A DNA stretch of 64,000 nt from a virus: IMG/VR virus record IMGVR_UViG_3300034112_001564, positions 8,420-72,419 of that record, one strand, 5' to 3'. The position numbers and the translations under genes were made by a program. This document shows, one piece after another, positions 17,407 to 26,775 of the stretch. Numbering within the stretch: position 1 is the first letter of the stretch; each line of letters begins with the position of its first letter. The notes beneath the pieces were generated by a model that saw only the letters and a list, made by a program, of their open reading frames with translations, was not told the DNA's origin and did no database searches.

Positions 17407-17484
17407 TGGACCGCTTTTCCTTTCTGGGTGTTTTGTGGGCCGGTTTTCGGTCCACCGTAAAGTCTTATCCAGTAGCCACTTAGG

Positions 17485-19242
17485 TCACGTTGGCCCACAA
17501 ACCAGCGTTCCCGCGCTCATAATTGGTTTTTCCAAATCAATTTGGCCCCTATATATAAGGGCCTTTTGGTCCGAACCTCCGTCAGGATGGGCAATGTTCT
17601 CAAGATGGGCAACATGGGCTTGTGTCCACACGACGTACCGACGCCTGACGCCTGCCTCTGTCCGCACCCGCTCTACCCGAAACTCGTCCTCGCCGGCTGC
17701 TGCCAGCATCCGCCTCTTGAGGGCCACCATGTCGCCCTCGTTGAGCCGGACCTTCCTTGTCTTCTGGATGTCCTCGAAGACCCGAGTCCACGAGAAGTAG
17801 AGTTCGTAGACGCCGTCGCCAGACCGCACCCAGCACGGTCTGCCAGACGGGTGAGGCATGGAGTCGTCCATATCCGGCTCCGGCTTGGCGATGTTCGACA
17901 AACCGTCCAGCAGCCACCCCGCCACGACCGCATACCGCTGCTGTTCGGCAGGCGGCCACTCCTCGTCCCGATCATCCATCAGCTTGACCTTCAGCCCGCG
18001 AACCTTGACGGTCTTCTTCTCGCCTTCCGGCTTGTAGGAGTATCCGTTCCAGATTTTCGCCCACTCCTTCGGGTTTGGGTCCGTCACGTCGATCGTGCCG
18101 GTGGCCTCGAGCACCTTGCGGGCGACGGCGATCGGGCTTGACCAGTCTGCGCTGGTCAAGGAGACGAAGACACGCATCTTCTCGTCCTCGTCATCGTCCT
18201 GAGTGGCCCCAGGCAGGGGCACTCCCAGTCGGAACTCCTTGGGGTCAGAGTGGACGACAGTCAGCCGCCACAGGCCGGGGAACCACTCGCCGCCGCGGAT
18301 TTCCAGACCGCTGGCGGTGTGGGGGCTCTTCGCCCTGGCCTCGCGAACCTTCTCGTCAGCGTCCTTGTCTGTGCTTGCGATCTTCGTGGCCCCGGAAGCC
18401 CTGGCCTTCATGCCCCAGCGGAGCTGCCCCTGCCATATCGAAACAAGTTGGGGGTCTTTAAGAGGGTCCGCCAACTGGGTCTTGTTAAGGGCGCGGAGGA
18501 TTGTCAGCACGTTCTGCTGTTCAGCCGGGTCGTGCGGGTCTCGCATCCGCATGATCTCAGATGACACCCAGGCAACGAGCGCGTCGTTGCGCTCGCCCTC
18601 GACAATGATCCGCTCGTAGATCGTGTTTTTGGTGATCTCGCCTTCGCCGCCCTCGCCTCCGCACGCGGCTATGACCGCGAGCACAAGTGCCTCCGGCATC
18701 GTTGCCAGCTCGACTTCGTCGGGCGACCGCCCCGGCTCCCACGCATACTTCTTTCCGGTGTGGTGGACGCTAGGAGGAATGATCGACTGCGTCATCTTGC
18801 CGCCGCCGCCGAACCGCACCTCCAGGCCATCGATCTTCTTGACGCCCTTGGATATGTCAACGAGCCGCTTGTCTATCTTCCATAGGCGATGGCCGCCTCG
18901 GGAGGAGACGAACCCTGGGGTCGGTATGCCGAGCAGGCCAAACCGCTTCGCGGTTGCGAATGACTTCTCGTCATCCCACTCGGTATCGATCACGCCGCTG
19001 GACGGCCCGAGGGGGAGCCCGATGTTCCACATCTCTCCGTCCTCGTACCACGACGCAATCGTGTCCTCGTCGGTCGTGACGTGGAGAAGCCAGTCATCAT
19101 GAATCGGATGCTTCCCCGGCATTCCGCATGACTTCCCCCGGAAGCACATGCAGCCCCCGTCGTCGCGCATTCCGTAGTTCTGCACCATCGGCCAGCCTTG
19201 GTTGGCCGCGTATCCTGCTGCTGCTTTGAAAATGTCGTTCAT
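17485..19242 (-). CDS. bifunctional primase-polymerase (Prim-Pol) with PriCT-like region
   Basis: GKHP, NIGLPLG...IDTE, SSRGGHR, IIPPSVHHTGKKYAW, EGERNDAL. Confidence 0.85.
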   Translation of the reverse strand: MNDIFKAAAGYAANQGWPMVQNYGMRDDGGCMCFRGKSCGMPGKHPIHDDWLLHVTTDEDTIASWYEDGEMWNIGLPLGPSSGVIDTEWDDEKSFATAKRFGLLGIPTPGFVSSRGGHRLWKIDKRLVDISKGVKKIDGLEVRFGGGGKMTQSIIPPSVHHTGKKYAWEPGRSPDEVELATMPEALVLAVIAACGGEGGEGEITKNTIYERIIVEGERNDALVAWVSSEIMRMRDPHDPAEQQNVLTILRALNKTQLADPLKDPQLVSIWQGQLRWGMKARASGATKIASTDKDADEKVREARAKSPHTASGLEIRGGEWFPGLWRLTVVHSDPKEFRLGVPLPGATQDDDEDEKMRVFVSLTSADWSSPIAVARKVLEATGTIDVTDPNPKEWAKIWNGYSYKPEGEKKTVKVRGLKVKLMDDRDEEWPPAEQQRYAVVAGWLLDGLSNIAKPEPDMDDSMPHPSGRPCWVRSGDGVYELYFSWTRVFEDIQKTRKVRLNEGDMVALKRRMLAAAGEDEFRVERVRTEAGVRRRYVVWTQAHVAHLENIAHPDGGSDQKALIYRGQIDLEKPIMSAGTLVCGPT

Positions 19243-20123
19243 ACACACGCCTCCACTTGGTTCCAGAGCTTCCCCCACGCCTCTCCCGCCGTATTCGCAA
19301 AAATTCGATTCGCAGCAAACTGCTGGCACAGCCACATTTGACGATCATCGAATTCCTTCGGACTTGCGACAACAACCGTCTTCTTCCTGGCGACGGCCAT
19401 GCCGATCTCAAAGATTGTGCCGAAGCAGTCGTCCGAGCTGATCCAGGCAAACAGGAGATCGCACCTTGCGATCGCCAAGTCGATGTTCCTGTGGACAGCC
19501 GACATGGCCCGCCGACGTTCAGCATCGCTTGCCGGCACTTCCATCCCATGATTGTCAAAATCTGTCGACGTGTATGCGTGAGGCTCTCCGCATGAACAGG
19601 CAGTGCCGTGGCCGCCGCCAGCCCCGAAGTCGCACCACCAGGGGCCGACGTAATCAAGCCTCGCCCCGAATGCCGCGGCCGCCGCGCGAGGCGCTGAATC
19701 CCATCGCGTGCCGCTGTCGCTGTTCACGGCGGCGTAGTACCGATTTGAGTCATCGTTCTGATGCCCCCATCCCTCCACGATCTCGCCGCGCCAGCCATCG
19801 CCTGTGATCTTTCCCGCAAGATAGACAGACCGAATGGGCTTTCCGCGTTCGATGAATGCCGGCGCGTAAACTCGAGGGTCGTAATTCGACTTGCCATGCG
19901 TGAACTCGTGGCAGTCCTTGCAGATAGCCTGCAAGTCCTCCAGCGGCTCGTCGTATTTTCGGGCATATGTCAGGTGGTGAACGTGATCCATTTTGTTCAC
20001 CCGACAGCGTTCACACTTGCCGCCGCTTCGCTTCCTGACCGCCTCGCGTCTGGCGCACCACTCTCTACTGCACAGATACGCCTGATACTTTTCCTTGCTG
20101 TCGCTTTCTATTTTCCAGTCCAC
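19239..20123 (-). CDS. HNH nuclease fused to an NDT-like domain
   Basis: N: YLCSREW...CERC...VHHLTY...DLQAICKDCHEFTH; C: VYLAGKI...DLAIARCDLLFAW...GTIFEIG; GGGAGG RBS before GTG. Confidence 0.75.
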   Translation of the reverse strand: MDWKIESDSKEKYQAYLCSREWCARREAVRKRSGGKCERCRVNKMDHVHHLTYARKYDEPLEDLQAICKDCHEFTHGKSNYDPRVYAPAFIERGKPIRSVYLAGKITGDGWRGEIVEGWGHQNDDSNRYYAAVNSDSGTRWDSAPRAAAAAFGARLDYVGPWWCDFGAGGGHGTACSCGEPHAYTSTDFDNHGMEVPASDAERRRAMSAVHRNIDLAIARCDLLFAWISSDDCFGTIFEIGMAVARKKTVVVASPKEFDDRQMWLCQQFAANRIFANTAGEAWGKLWNQVEACV

Positions 20124-20164
20124 TGTTCGCCTCCCTGCCTTCGCTGTTGGTGTTTGGGTGTTGT

Positions 20165-20464
20165 TCAGTTCAGCTCGTGCTGTCGATTCGCCGGACGGCT
20201 GACGATGCTGCTCGGCGCGTCGTGAAGGATCACCGAGTCCGAAAACGGCGTGATGGCGTCCCATGCGTTGCGAAAAAGCGAGACCTGCTCTTTCGTGGGG
20301 TGGATGTCCCAGCCAATCACGGCTCCGACGCCGCCGTCCTCGTTGTCGAAGACATCGACGGCCAGGATGCAGGACGGGCCTTCGTCGTGACGGATGAATT
20401 CAGCGATCGCCATAAAGACGCTGGCTACGCATGTCGTGCAGTCCAGCTCGACGTTCATTTCCAT
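20165..20464 (-). CDS. hypothetical protein
   Basis: 99 aa with AAGGA upstream. Confidence 0.5.
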   Translation of the reverse strand: MEMNVELDCTTCVASVFMAIAEFIRHDEGPSCILAVDVFDNEDGGVGAVIGWDIHPTKEQVSLFRNAWDAITPFSDSVILHDAPSSIVSRPANRQHELN

Positions 20465-20496
20465 TGATCAGTTCCTTCTTGGTGGTTGTGTTCGTT

Positions 20497-20688
20497 AAAA
20501 GACCCCCTGCGGAGCCGCCATCGCTGGCGACCCCGCAGGGGTTTGAGTCCCGCCCGCCCAGGCCCGTGGGAAAGGTGACACGGGTGATCTGGGCCGACTT
20601 CCGGCGTTACGACGCCACAAACCGGCTTGGCGACCGGGCGGTTGGACGATGAAGCCAACCGCTATGGCCGCCGGCCCAGCCGGCTGAA
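20497..20688 (-). ncRNA. candidate structured RNA / terminator region
   Basis: about 190-nt intergenic stretch with five hairpins; the last is followed by TCTTTT on the minus strand. Confidence 0.35.
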
Positions 20689-21477
20689 TCACTCGTCGTC
20701 GCCGACATCCGCCGCGGAGACAGTCGCCCCGGCCGGCGGCGTGTTGAACATCGCCGTCAGCGGGGTGTGGTAGACCTTCTCGGCCACCGTGCCCTGCTCC
20801 TCGGAGATCGTGCCGACGGTGCGGAACACGATCTGCGAGTACGGCTGCCCGCCGCCGTTCTTGACCTTCTGGAGCTTCAGCCCGATGACGCACTCGTAGG
20901 GGAACGAGGGCAGCCGCTTCTTGAACGGCAGCCAGTTCGCCAGCGAGCCAGGACCGACGGTCACGAGGATCGGCCACGTCTCGCCCTCACGCAGGATGGC
21001 AAGCACGCGGGATTCCTTGACCTTCCGCGACCGGCCGCCGGCCTTGCCCGAGCCCCAGCCAAACTCTGGGCCAGTGGACAATGCCGCCCAGTCGTACTTG
21101 CGGTCGCCGATCCGATACTTCTCGAGAGCCTTGGGATCGCAGTCGCCCAAGGTGTCCTCAGAAACCCGATAGCCGACGATCAGGTCGTGCGTCACGATCA
21201 CCGGCCGCATGTCAGACGGGTCGTCCTTCGGCCAGAGCGTGCCGCGGCGGCCCTCGGCGACGAGCAGACCGACGATCTCGTCGGTCGTCTCGATGTTGCC
21301 CTGGTTGTCGATCGCCCACACCGTGCCGCCGCCTGCCGGCGTCGGCACCTTGATGAGGTCTTGCTCCCTCATCGGCTCACCCTCGAGGTTCGACTGGATG
21401 ATCCTCGCCTGCCGGCTGGTCGGCGAGAGCGAGGGGTAGTCGATGGTCTTCACGTTCGTCGAAATCGCAGTGCTCAT
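20689..21477 (-). CDS. putative single-stranded DNA-binding/recombination protein
   Basis: IKVPTPAGGGTVW, PILVTVGPGSL, acidic C-terminus DVGDDE; replication-module position. Confidence 0.5.
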   Translation of the reverse strand: MSTAISTNVKTIDYPSLSPTSRQARIIQSNLEGEPMREQDLIKVPTPAGGGTVWAIDNQGNIETTDEIVGLLVAEGRRGTLWPKDDPSDMRPVIVTHDLIVGYRVSEDTLGDCDPKALEKYRIGDRKYDWAALSTGPEFGWGSGKAGGRSRKVKESRVLAILREGETWPILVTVGPGSLANWLPFKKRLPSFPYECVIGLKLQKVKNGGGQPYSQIVFRTVGTISEEQGTVAEKVYHTPLTAMFNTPPAGATVSAADVGDDE

Positions 21478-21552
21478 GGTTGTCTCCTAGAGCTTTCCTA
21501 ATCGAGCAATCAAACACACCGCCCAGGCAACACGCCTGAGCGGCAACGCTTC

Positions 21553-21825
21553 TCACAACCGCTCTTCGCGGTCGCTTCTGGTGATGTAGTCCTCCTCCAT
21601 CTGGCGACCTTCTTCCGCCGTGATGACGCGGGCGTCGATGGTCCGCATCGCCCGCCGGTAGCCGGCGTTCCCTGGCTGATACCGCGGCCCCGTCGGGGGC
21701 GCAGGACGGGCAGCGATCTCGGGGTACGAGATCGTCGTGAGCCGCGTGCCGCTCCCCCACACGATCGTCGTGCGAGTCATGCCGTGGGCCAGGAACTCAA
21801 CGTGTCGCGAGATGACATCGCTCAT
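21553..21825 (-). CDS. hypothetical protein
   Basis: ATGA overlap with upstream gene. Confidence 0.5.
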   Translation of the reverse strand: MSDVISRHVEFLAHGMTRTTIVWGSGTRLTTISYPEIAARPAPPTGPRYQPGNAGYRRAMRTIDARVITAEEGRQMEEDYITRSDREERL

Positions 21826-22286
21826 GAGCCACCTCCGACCGTGAGGTGACGAAGAACGGGGCGGACGTATTCGCTGACGAGGCCGGCGAACGGCGTGCCA
21901 TCTGCCCACGGCTGGCGGGCGTCCTTGCCCGCCGCCTTGTGCATCTCCTTGAGGACCGTCTTCAGTTGCGACGTGTTGACGCCGATCAACTGGGCTTCCA
22001 TGCCCGCGGCCCTCACCGCAGCCAACACCGCGTCCTTGTTGTCGGCCGTGGCGGAAATCGAATGCTCCCACTCGACCCGCCAACTCCTTCCGGCAACCCT
22101 GACTCCGTCCAGGCGTCCTGCCGTCATCTCCTCGACGGCCAATTCAGCGAGACGATCCCGCTTTTTCTTCAGTTCCTTCACCGTCAGCTCGGCCGCGTCG
22201 ATCTCGCGGTCGATCTGGGCGATCTGCTCAAGCGCGTTCGAGAGCGGGCTTATTGTGTCTGGTGCTGTAGGCATTAATGACGACAT
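21822..22286 (-). CDS. coiled-coil phage replication-module protein
   Basis: N-terminal coiled coil then VNTSQLK motif. Confidence 0.6.
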   Translation of the reverse strand: MSSLMPTAPDTISPLSNALEQIAQIDREIDAAELTVKELKKKRDRLAELAVEEMTAGRLDGVRVAGRSWRVEWEHSISATADNKDAVLAAVRAAGMEAQLIGVNTSQLKTVLKEMHKAAGKDARQPWADGTPFAGLVSEYVRPVLRHLTVGGGS

Positions 22287-23622
22287 CGATCACTTCCTTT
22301 CGGTTACTGAGGGCTTCGTACACGCGGCCGTCCGCAGAAGTCTTGCCCTGTAGGGTTGCGACGAGACTGAAAAACCGCGTGCTTCGTTCCTGCCCAGGCC
22401 GGTGAAGGCGGGCAATTGCCTGGAGCCATTCGGAGAGGCTGTGGCCGAGGCTGTAGAAGACGCCGACGGCGGCCCTGGTCAAGTCGATGCCGATTCCGCC
22501 AGACTGGATTTGAGCGACCAGAACGGCGGTCTCACCGGCCTGCCACGCGGCAAGGGAGTCGATTCTACCTGATAGCTCGCTCACGCTGCGGCCAAGCGAG
22601 TTGCAGACGTGGATCACGCTGTCGATGTCCGACCTGAACCGGCAGAACACCACGAGCGGCTCGTCGGCCGGCATGTCCTCGAGCATGTCGGCGAACGCGG
22701 CACGCTTCGACGGCGTCTCGTCGATCTGCCTCGCGGTCGCCGTGTCGTCGAGCTTCATGAACCCGCTGGTCGCCTGGAGCATTCGCAGCAGGCCGACCAT
22801 CGCGTTGGCCGGCGTGATGTAGCCGCCGTCGACCTCGGCGCAGAACTCGCGCTCAAGCTGGGTGTAGACCTTGGCCTCCTTGGCCGTCATTTCGACCGGC
22901 ACCTCGACATGGTGGATCGGCGGCAGGTCAAGCACGTCCTCGGATTTGCGGTGAAACGTCGTGGCCGCAACTTTGGCCGCAAATTGCTCGCGGTTTCGCC
23001 AGCCGATGACCATGCCGGGGACATGCGGATTGACTATGGCGTAGGTCGCCTTGAAAAGGCCGTAGAGCTGGCCGAATGTCGGGCATTCTGGGCTTTCGAC
23101 GGCCCGCCATGTCCCGAAGGCGTCGAGCGGGCTTTGCGAAAGCATGGTGCCTGAAAGCCCGATCCTCTTCGCCGTCGGGTTTTTCTTGCCCAGCTTGGCC
23201 GCCCACTTGCTCGCCGCCCCCGACGGGGACTTCAGGCGATGAACCTCGTCCCACACCAAGCAGTTCCAGGAAACTTTTTCGACTTCCTTGATCCGCCAGA
23301 GCGACTCGTAGTTGCAGACGATGATGACCGGCGAGGTGTCTGCCATCGCGGCGACGATCTGCCGTCCCTTGTCGGCCGAGGTGCCGCGGTCAAGCAGGAT
23401 GATGCGGATTTCGGGCAGCCAGAGGGCCGCCTGCTTCGCCCAGGCCGGGATCACTGCCTTCGGGCAGCCGACGAGGATGCGGCGGATGCTGCCGGCCAGC
23501 ATGCCTCGCTTGATGATCTCCAGAGCCACGCGGGTCTTCCCGCAGCCCATGCCGAGCCAGAGCAGGGCGTCACGACGCCCGTCGGCCCATTCGATCGCTT
23601 CCTGCTGATGCGTCCATAGCAT
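22228..23622 (-). CDS. SNF2-family helicase
   Basis: MGCGKT, NYESL, DEVH, LSGT, GGIGIDLT, QAIARLHRPGQ. Confidence 0.92.
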   Translation of the reverse strand: MLWTHQQEAIEWADGRRDALLWLGMGCGKTRVALEIIKRGMLAGSIRRILVGCPKAVIPAWAKQAALWLPEIRIILLDRGTSADKGRQIVAAMADTSPVIIVCNYESLWRIKEVEKVSWNCLVWDEVHRLKSPSGAASKWAAKLGKKNPTAKRIGLSGTMLSQSPLDAFGTWRAVESPECPTFGQLYGLFKATYAIVNPHVPGMVIGWRNREQFAAKVAATTFHRKSEDVLDLPPIHHVEVPVEMTAKEAKVYTQLEREFCAEVDGGYITPANAMVGLLRMLQATSGFMKLDDTATARQIDETPSKRAAFADMLEDMPADEPLVVFCRFRSDIDSVIHVCNSLGRSVSELSGRIDSLAAWQAGETAVLVAQIQSGGIGIDLTRAAVGVFYSLGHSLSEWLQAIARLHRPGQERSTRFFSLVATLQGKTSADGRVYEALSNRKEVIDVVINAYSTRHNKPALERA

Positions 23623-23647
23623 GCGCCTGCTCTCCTTAGCGGGAGGC

Positions 23648-23676
23648 AGGATATAAGGCTACTGAAAAAGAGTCAA
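23648..23676 (-). promoter_or_regulatory. sigma70-like promoter of the replication operon
   Basis: TTGACT-N17-TATCCT, then AAGGAG RBS before the SNF2 ATG. Confidence 0.7.
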
Positions 23677-24215
23677 GCGGGCTTCCGCTTGCGTCCTTTT
23701 TTCTTGCCTGCGGCCTCGAGCCGGCGGGCGATGGACACGTTGGCTTCGCATGAGGCTCGCGAGAAAATCCAGCACCGGCTGCGGTTGTTGCGGCCGTTGG
23801 TCAGCACGCGGCCGACGATCTTCCCTGCCTTGGCGAGCCGCGGGGGGAACGTCCAGTGAACCGCGAGGATTTCCCCGGCCTCGCCCGTGGAGATCGCGTC
23901 GCCGAACTCGATCTGCTGCTCACATGCCGCGAGCTTCTTGAGCATGGCGGGCCGCTCGTCGACCGACGTTCTCGCCCGCTTGCCCGTGCCGCCCGACTTC
24001 ATGGCGGCCTCGTAGTCGGCGAAGTCCTTGTCGCACTCTTTGCTCGAGTAGATCGCAAACGACCGCTCTGGGTCGGACACGATCGGCGACAACAGCGCCC
24101 GCGTGGTCAGGAGCCCTTTTTCGGCCATCCGCTTCGGCTGCGTGAAATGGACGCCCAGGAGGCAGGCGGCCTCCCAGCTTCCCAGGGCAAGGTCAACAGG
24201 TTTTGCTTTTTTCAT
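23673..24215 (-). CDS. tandem HTH (Xis/MerR-like) regulator
   Basis: two repeats: LGSWEAACLLGVHFTQPKRMAEKGLL and ISTGEAGEILAVHWTFPPRLAKAGKI; next to attP. Confidence 0.6.
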   Translation of the reverse strand: MKKAKPVDLALGSWEAACLLGVHFTQPKRMAEKGLLTTRALLSPIVSDPERSFAIYSSKECDKDFADYEAAMKSGGTGKRARTSVDERPAMLKKLAACEQQIEFGDAISTGEAGEILAVHWTFPPRLAKAGKIVGRVLTNGRNNRSRCWIFSRASCEANVSIARRLEAAGKKKGRKRKPA

Positions 24216-24321
24216 CGTGTCCGCCTTCTGGCGGTCGTGCCGCCACAGGCAGGATACCCCCGCAACCTGCCCAAAATCCAATTTCCGAAAAATCCGTCAC
24301 GGCTCCCCTTGCACAAATTAA

Positions 24322-24342
24322 GTGGAGGATAGAGGATTTGAA
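24322..24342 (-). other. putative attP core: 3' end of tRNA-Ala (or tmRNA)
   Basis: minus strand TTCAAAT-CCTCT-ATCCTCC-A-C = T-loop, 3' T-stem, acceptor strand with U70, discriminator A; about 350 bp from the integrase. Confidence 0.7.
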
Positions 24343-24427
24343 TACCAGTGCTGGCACCGACACATGGTGCCAGACCGGCCGGCAAAAAGCCAGCCGCCAT
24401 ACGGAAGACACATGGAGGTGCCTGCTG

Positions 24428-24649
24428 ATGCCCCGCTACACGGTGATCTGCGAGTGGTCGGATTCTGGCCCTGACGGCGGGTATGCCGTCGAGGACGCCG
24501 ACGAGATCGTGGTCGTGACAGACACCCCGGCCTTGGCCGTGGAGAAGGCGAGAAAAAAATGGCGTATGACCATCGGTGCCGAGTGGCCGCACTGCCGGCT
24601 CACGAACGCATTCGTGCTGACAAAGGAAAAGTTAGCCGAGTCCCTATAG
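24428..24649 (+). CDS. hypothetical protein
   Basis: GGAGG RBS; MPRYTVICEW... Confidence 0.6.
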   Translation: MPRYTVICEWSDSGPDGGYAVEDADEIVVVTDTPALAVEKARKKWRMTIGAEWPHCRLTNAFVLTKEKLAESL

Positions 24650-24669
24650 GCGAAAAATTTTGCCCACAC

Positions 24670-24691
24670 GCGCCCCCCCGAAGGGGGGCGC
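24670..24691. terminator. GC hairpin before the integrase
   Basis: GCGCCCCCC-CGAA-GGGGGGCGC; no clear U-tract. Confidence 0.35.
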
Positions 24692-24697
24692 AATCAG

Positions 24698-25600
24698 TTG
24701 TCGCTGCGCATGGAAGTGGTACTTCCTTCAAGGGAGATGCACGCCATGCTTTTGCACCATGTTCTTACTGATCTCTACGCGCCGCTGACCGGCATCAGCG
24801 GGCGCACGGTTGAGTTGTACGACTACACGCTCAGAAAATGGGCCGAGGTGCTCGGGCGACCGCCCGAGACCACCGACCTTGAGGAATTGTGCGTGGCGCA
24901 GTTCCTGGCCCACCGCGTCCGCACAAAGTCCGCAGCCTCGGCCGCGAAAGACAGGGCTCAGTGCCGCGCCCTCTGGGAATTCTGTGCCCGCCGCCGCCTC
25001 TGCGAGACGTGGCCCGCCATGCCGCGGATTATCGTGCCAGAGCGAGTGCCAGAGGCGTGGCTGACTGACGAGATGACGCGGTTGCTCGCCTCGGCAGCGC
25101 AGGAGCCTGGGAGGATCGGCGGCTTTCCTGCGTGCGACGTTTTCAAGGCATTGCTTCTTCTTGCCTACGACACGGGCGAACGCATAACGCCCCTGATGGA
25201 GCTGCGGACATCCGACGTTCGTGGTTGCAACGTGATTTTCCGAGCCGAGCAGCGAAAGGGTAGACGCCGCGACATCTTGCGGGAGATCAGCGTGGCCTGC
25301 GCCGACGCCCTCTTGGCCGTTCGCCGTGGCCCTGACGACACGGCCATCCCGTGGGATCGCCACCGCACCTGCGTCTGGCGGCTCCTGAAGGTCATCCTCC
25401 AGCGAGCTGGCCTGCCGTCAGATCGGCGGTGCAAGTTCCACAAGATCAGGAAAACGACTGCGTCGTATTACGAAGCGGCCGGCGGGTCGGCTCAGAGGCT
25501 GCTTGACCACTCGAGCCCCGCCGTCACGAGAAAGTACCTCGACCCCAGGATCGTCAGCCCCGGCGTGCCGGCACCGAGCGTGCTGCCGAAAGTTGTTTAG
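24698..25600 (+). CDS. tyrosine recombinase/integrase
   Basis: YDTGER (R), K, FHKIRK (HxxR), LLDHSS (H), TRKY (Y); true start may be 24737 or 24746. Confidence 0.9.
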   Translation: MSLRMEVVLPSREMHAMLLHHVLTDLYAPLTGISGRTVELYDYTLRKWAEVLGRPPETTDLEELCVAQFLAHRVRTKSAASAAKDRAQCRALWEFCARRRLCETWPAMPRIIVPERVPEAWLTDEMTRLLASAAQEPGRIGGFPACDVFKALLLLAYDTGERITPLMELRTSDVRGCNVIFRAEQRKGRRRDILREISVACADALLAVRRGPDDTAIPWDRHRTCVWRLLKVILQRAGLPSDRRCKFHKIRKTTASYYEAAGGSAQRLLDHSSPAVTRKYLDPRIVSPGVPAPSVLPKVV

Positions 25601-25890
25601 CTAGGCTCCACCCACGTCACCGTCGCCGTGTCGAGCGTCCAGCCTTCGCCGGGGCAGGGCGGGATAAAAGCGTCGATCCGCTCATCGTAGGTGTAGCCGA
25701 GGCCAGCGTAGTTGCCTCGAAAAGCTCTGCCCTGTGGATGCTGGTTTGCCTGCGTGTTGAAACTGGTCCGCTTGCACGGCAGCCCCCTCACCTCCGCATA
25801 GTGCGACTCCCAATCAACGCCCTCATCCTCGTCGCGCCCGACAATCACCTCGACGACGATGCCGTTCTGAAGAAATGCGTAGTGCGCCAT
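25597..25890 (-). CDS. hypothetical protein following the Gly-rich protein
   Basis: MAHYAFL...KRTSFN...FRGNYAGLGYTYD...DAFIPP. Confidence 0.7.
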   Translation of the reverse strand: MAHYAFLQNGIVVEVIVGRDEDEGVDWESHYAEVRGLPCKRTSFNTQANQHPQGRAFRGNYAGLGYTYDERIDAFIPPCPGEGWTLDTATVTWVEPS

Positions 25891-25902
25891 CTGGTGCCTC
25901 AA

Positions 25903-26775
25903 TCAGGTGAACGTGACGGTGCCGGTGCCTGCTGTGATCGTCACGACGCTGTCCCCGTCGGAACTTGTTGTAGACGAAGTCAGTCCGGCACTGACTGCGA
26001 TTTGCATGGATGACGCGAAGCGAAGCACAACGATCCCAGACCCTCCAGCACCGCCGACGCCCGTCGTACTACCAGAGCCGCCTCCTCCACCACCGCCGCC
26101 AGTGGACGCAGACCCAGCGGTGCCAGCACCACTTCCGACACGACCGTTGCCGCCGCCGCCGGTGCCGCCTAGTCCCTGCAATTTGTTGCCCGTGCCGCCG
26201 CCGCCGCCACCGGCATAGGTGACGCTCGCACCGGAAATACTTGATGCAAATCCGCTGCCACCGTTCCCCGCCTTCGCGCTGGTACCAGCCACGCCGGCAC
26301 CACCAGCACCGCCGCCGCCGCCGCCGAGTCTGTACGTCGCGCCGTCCGTTGAGCCAGCACCGCCGCCGAAGCCTTGCGTCCCGGCAACCTGCGCCGAACC
26401 GCCCGAGCCGGATGTCGATGTCACGGTGCCGCCGCCGCCGCCTGAGCCTCCGTCAACGCCAGCGAGAGCCGTAGCCGATGTCGCACCGCCGCCGCCGCCG
26501 CCAATCGCCACGACCGACAGTGCGATGGTCGGGGAGCCGTTGATCCCTCGCACCGTCACGCTGCCAGCACCACCGGCACCAACCTGCACTGCGTAGGCGA
26601 CTCCCAGCGCGACCGACACCGCCGTTTCCACGACGCCACCACCACCACCACCGCCGCCCTGCTCGCCGTTTCCGCCGCCACCGCCGCCGACCACCAGTAC
26701 CCTGACGGTGCGGTTGATCTGCGCACGCAGCCGCGAGGCACTCACCAGCGATGTGGAAGCGTTGCGGAGCGTCAC
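25903..26775 (-). CDS. glycine-rich domain virion protein
   Basis: VLVVGGGGGG...GGSGIVVLR; many GGx runs. Confidence 0.8.
   Translation of the reverse strand: MTLRNASTSLVSASRLRAQINRTVRVLVVGGGGGGNGEQGGGGGGGGVVETAVSVALGVAYAVQVGAGGAGSVTVRGINGSPTIALSVVAIGGGGGGATSATALAGVDGGSGGGGGTVTSTSGSGGSAQVAGTQGFGGGAGSTDGATYRLGGGGGGAGGAGVAGTSAKAGNGGSGFASSISGASVTYAGGGGGGTGNKLQGLGGTGGGGNGRVGSGAGTAGSASTGGGGGGGGSGSTTGVGGAGGSGIVVLRFASSMQIAVSAGLTSSTTSSDGDSVVTITAGTGTVTFT

Noticed and set aside
24290-24380. Complete tRNA gene
   Set aside because: Only the T-loop to discriminator is present; there is no D arm, anticodon arm or 5' acceptor strand.
25903-26775. GCC/CCG microsatellite
   Set aside because: Explained by glycine codons of the Gly-rich protein.
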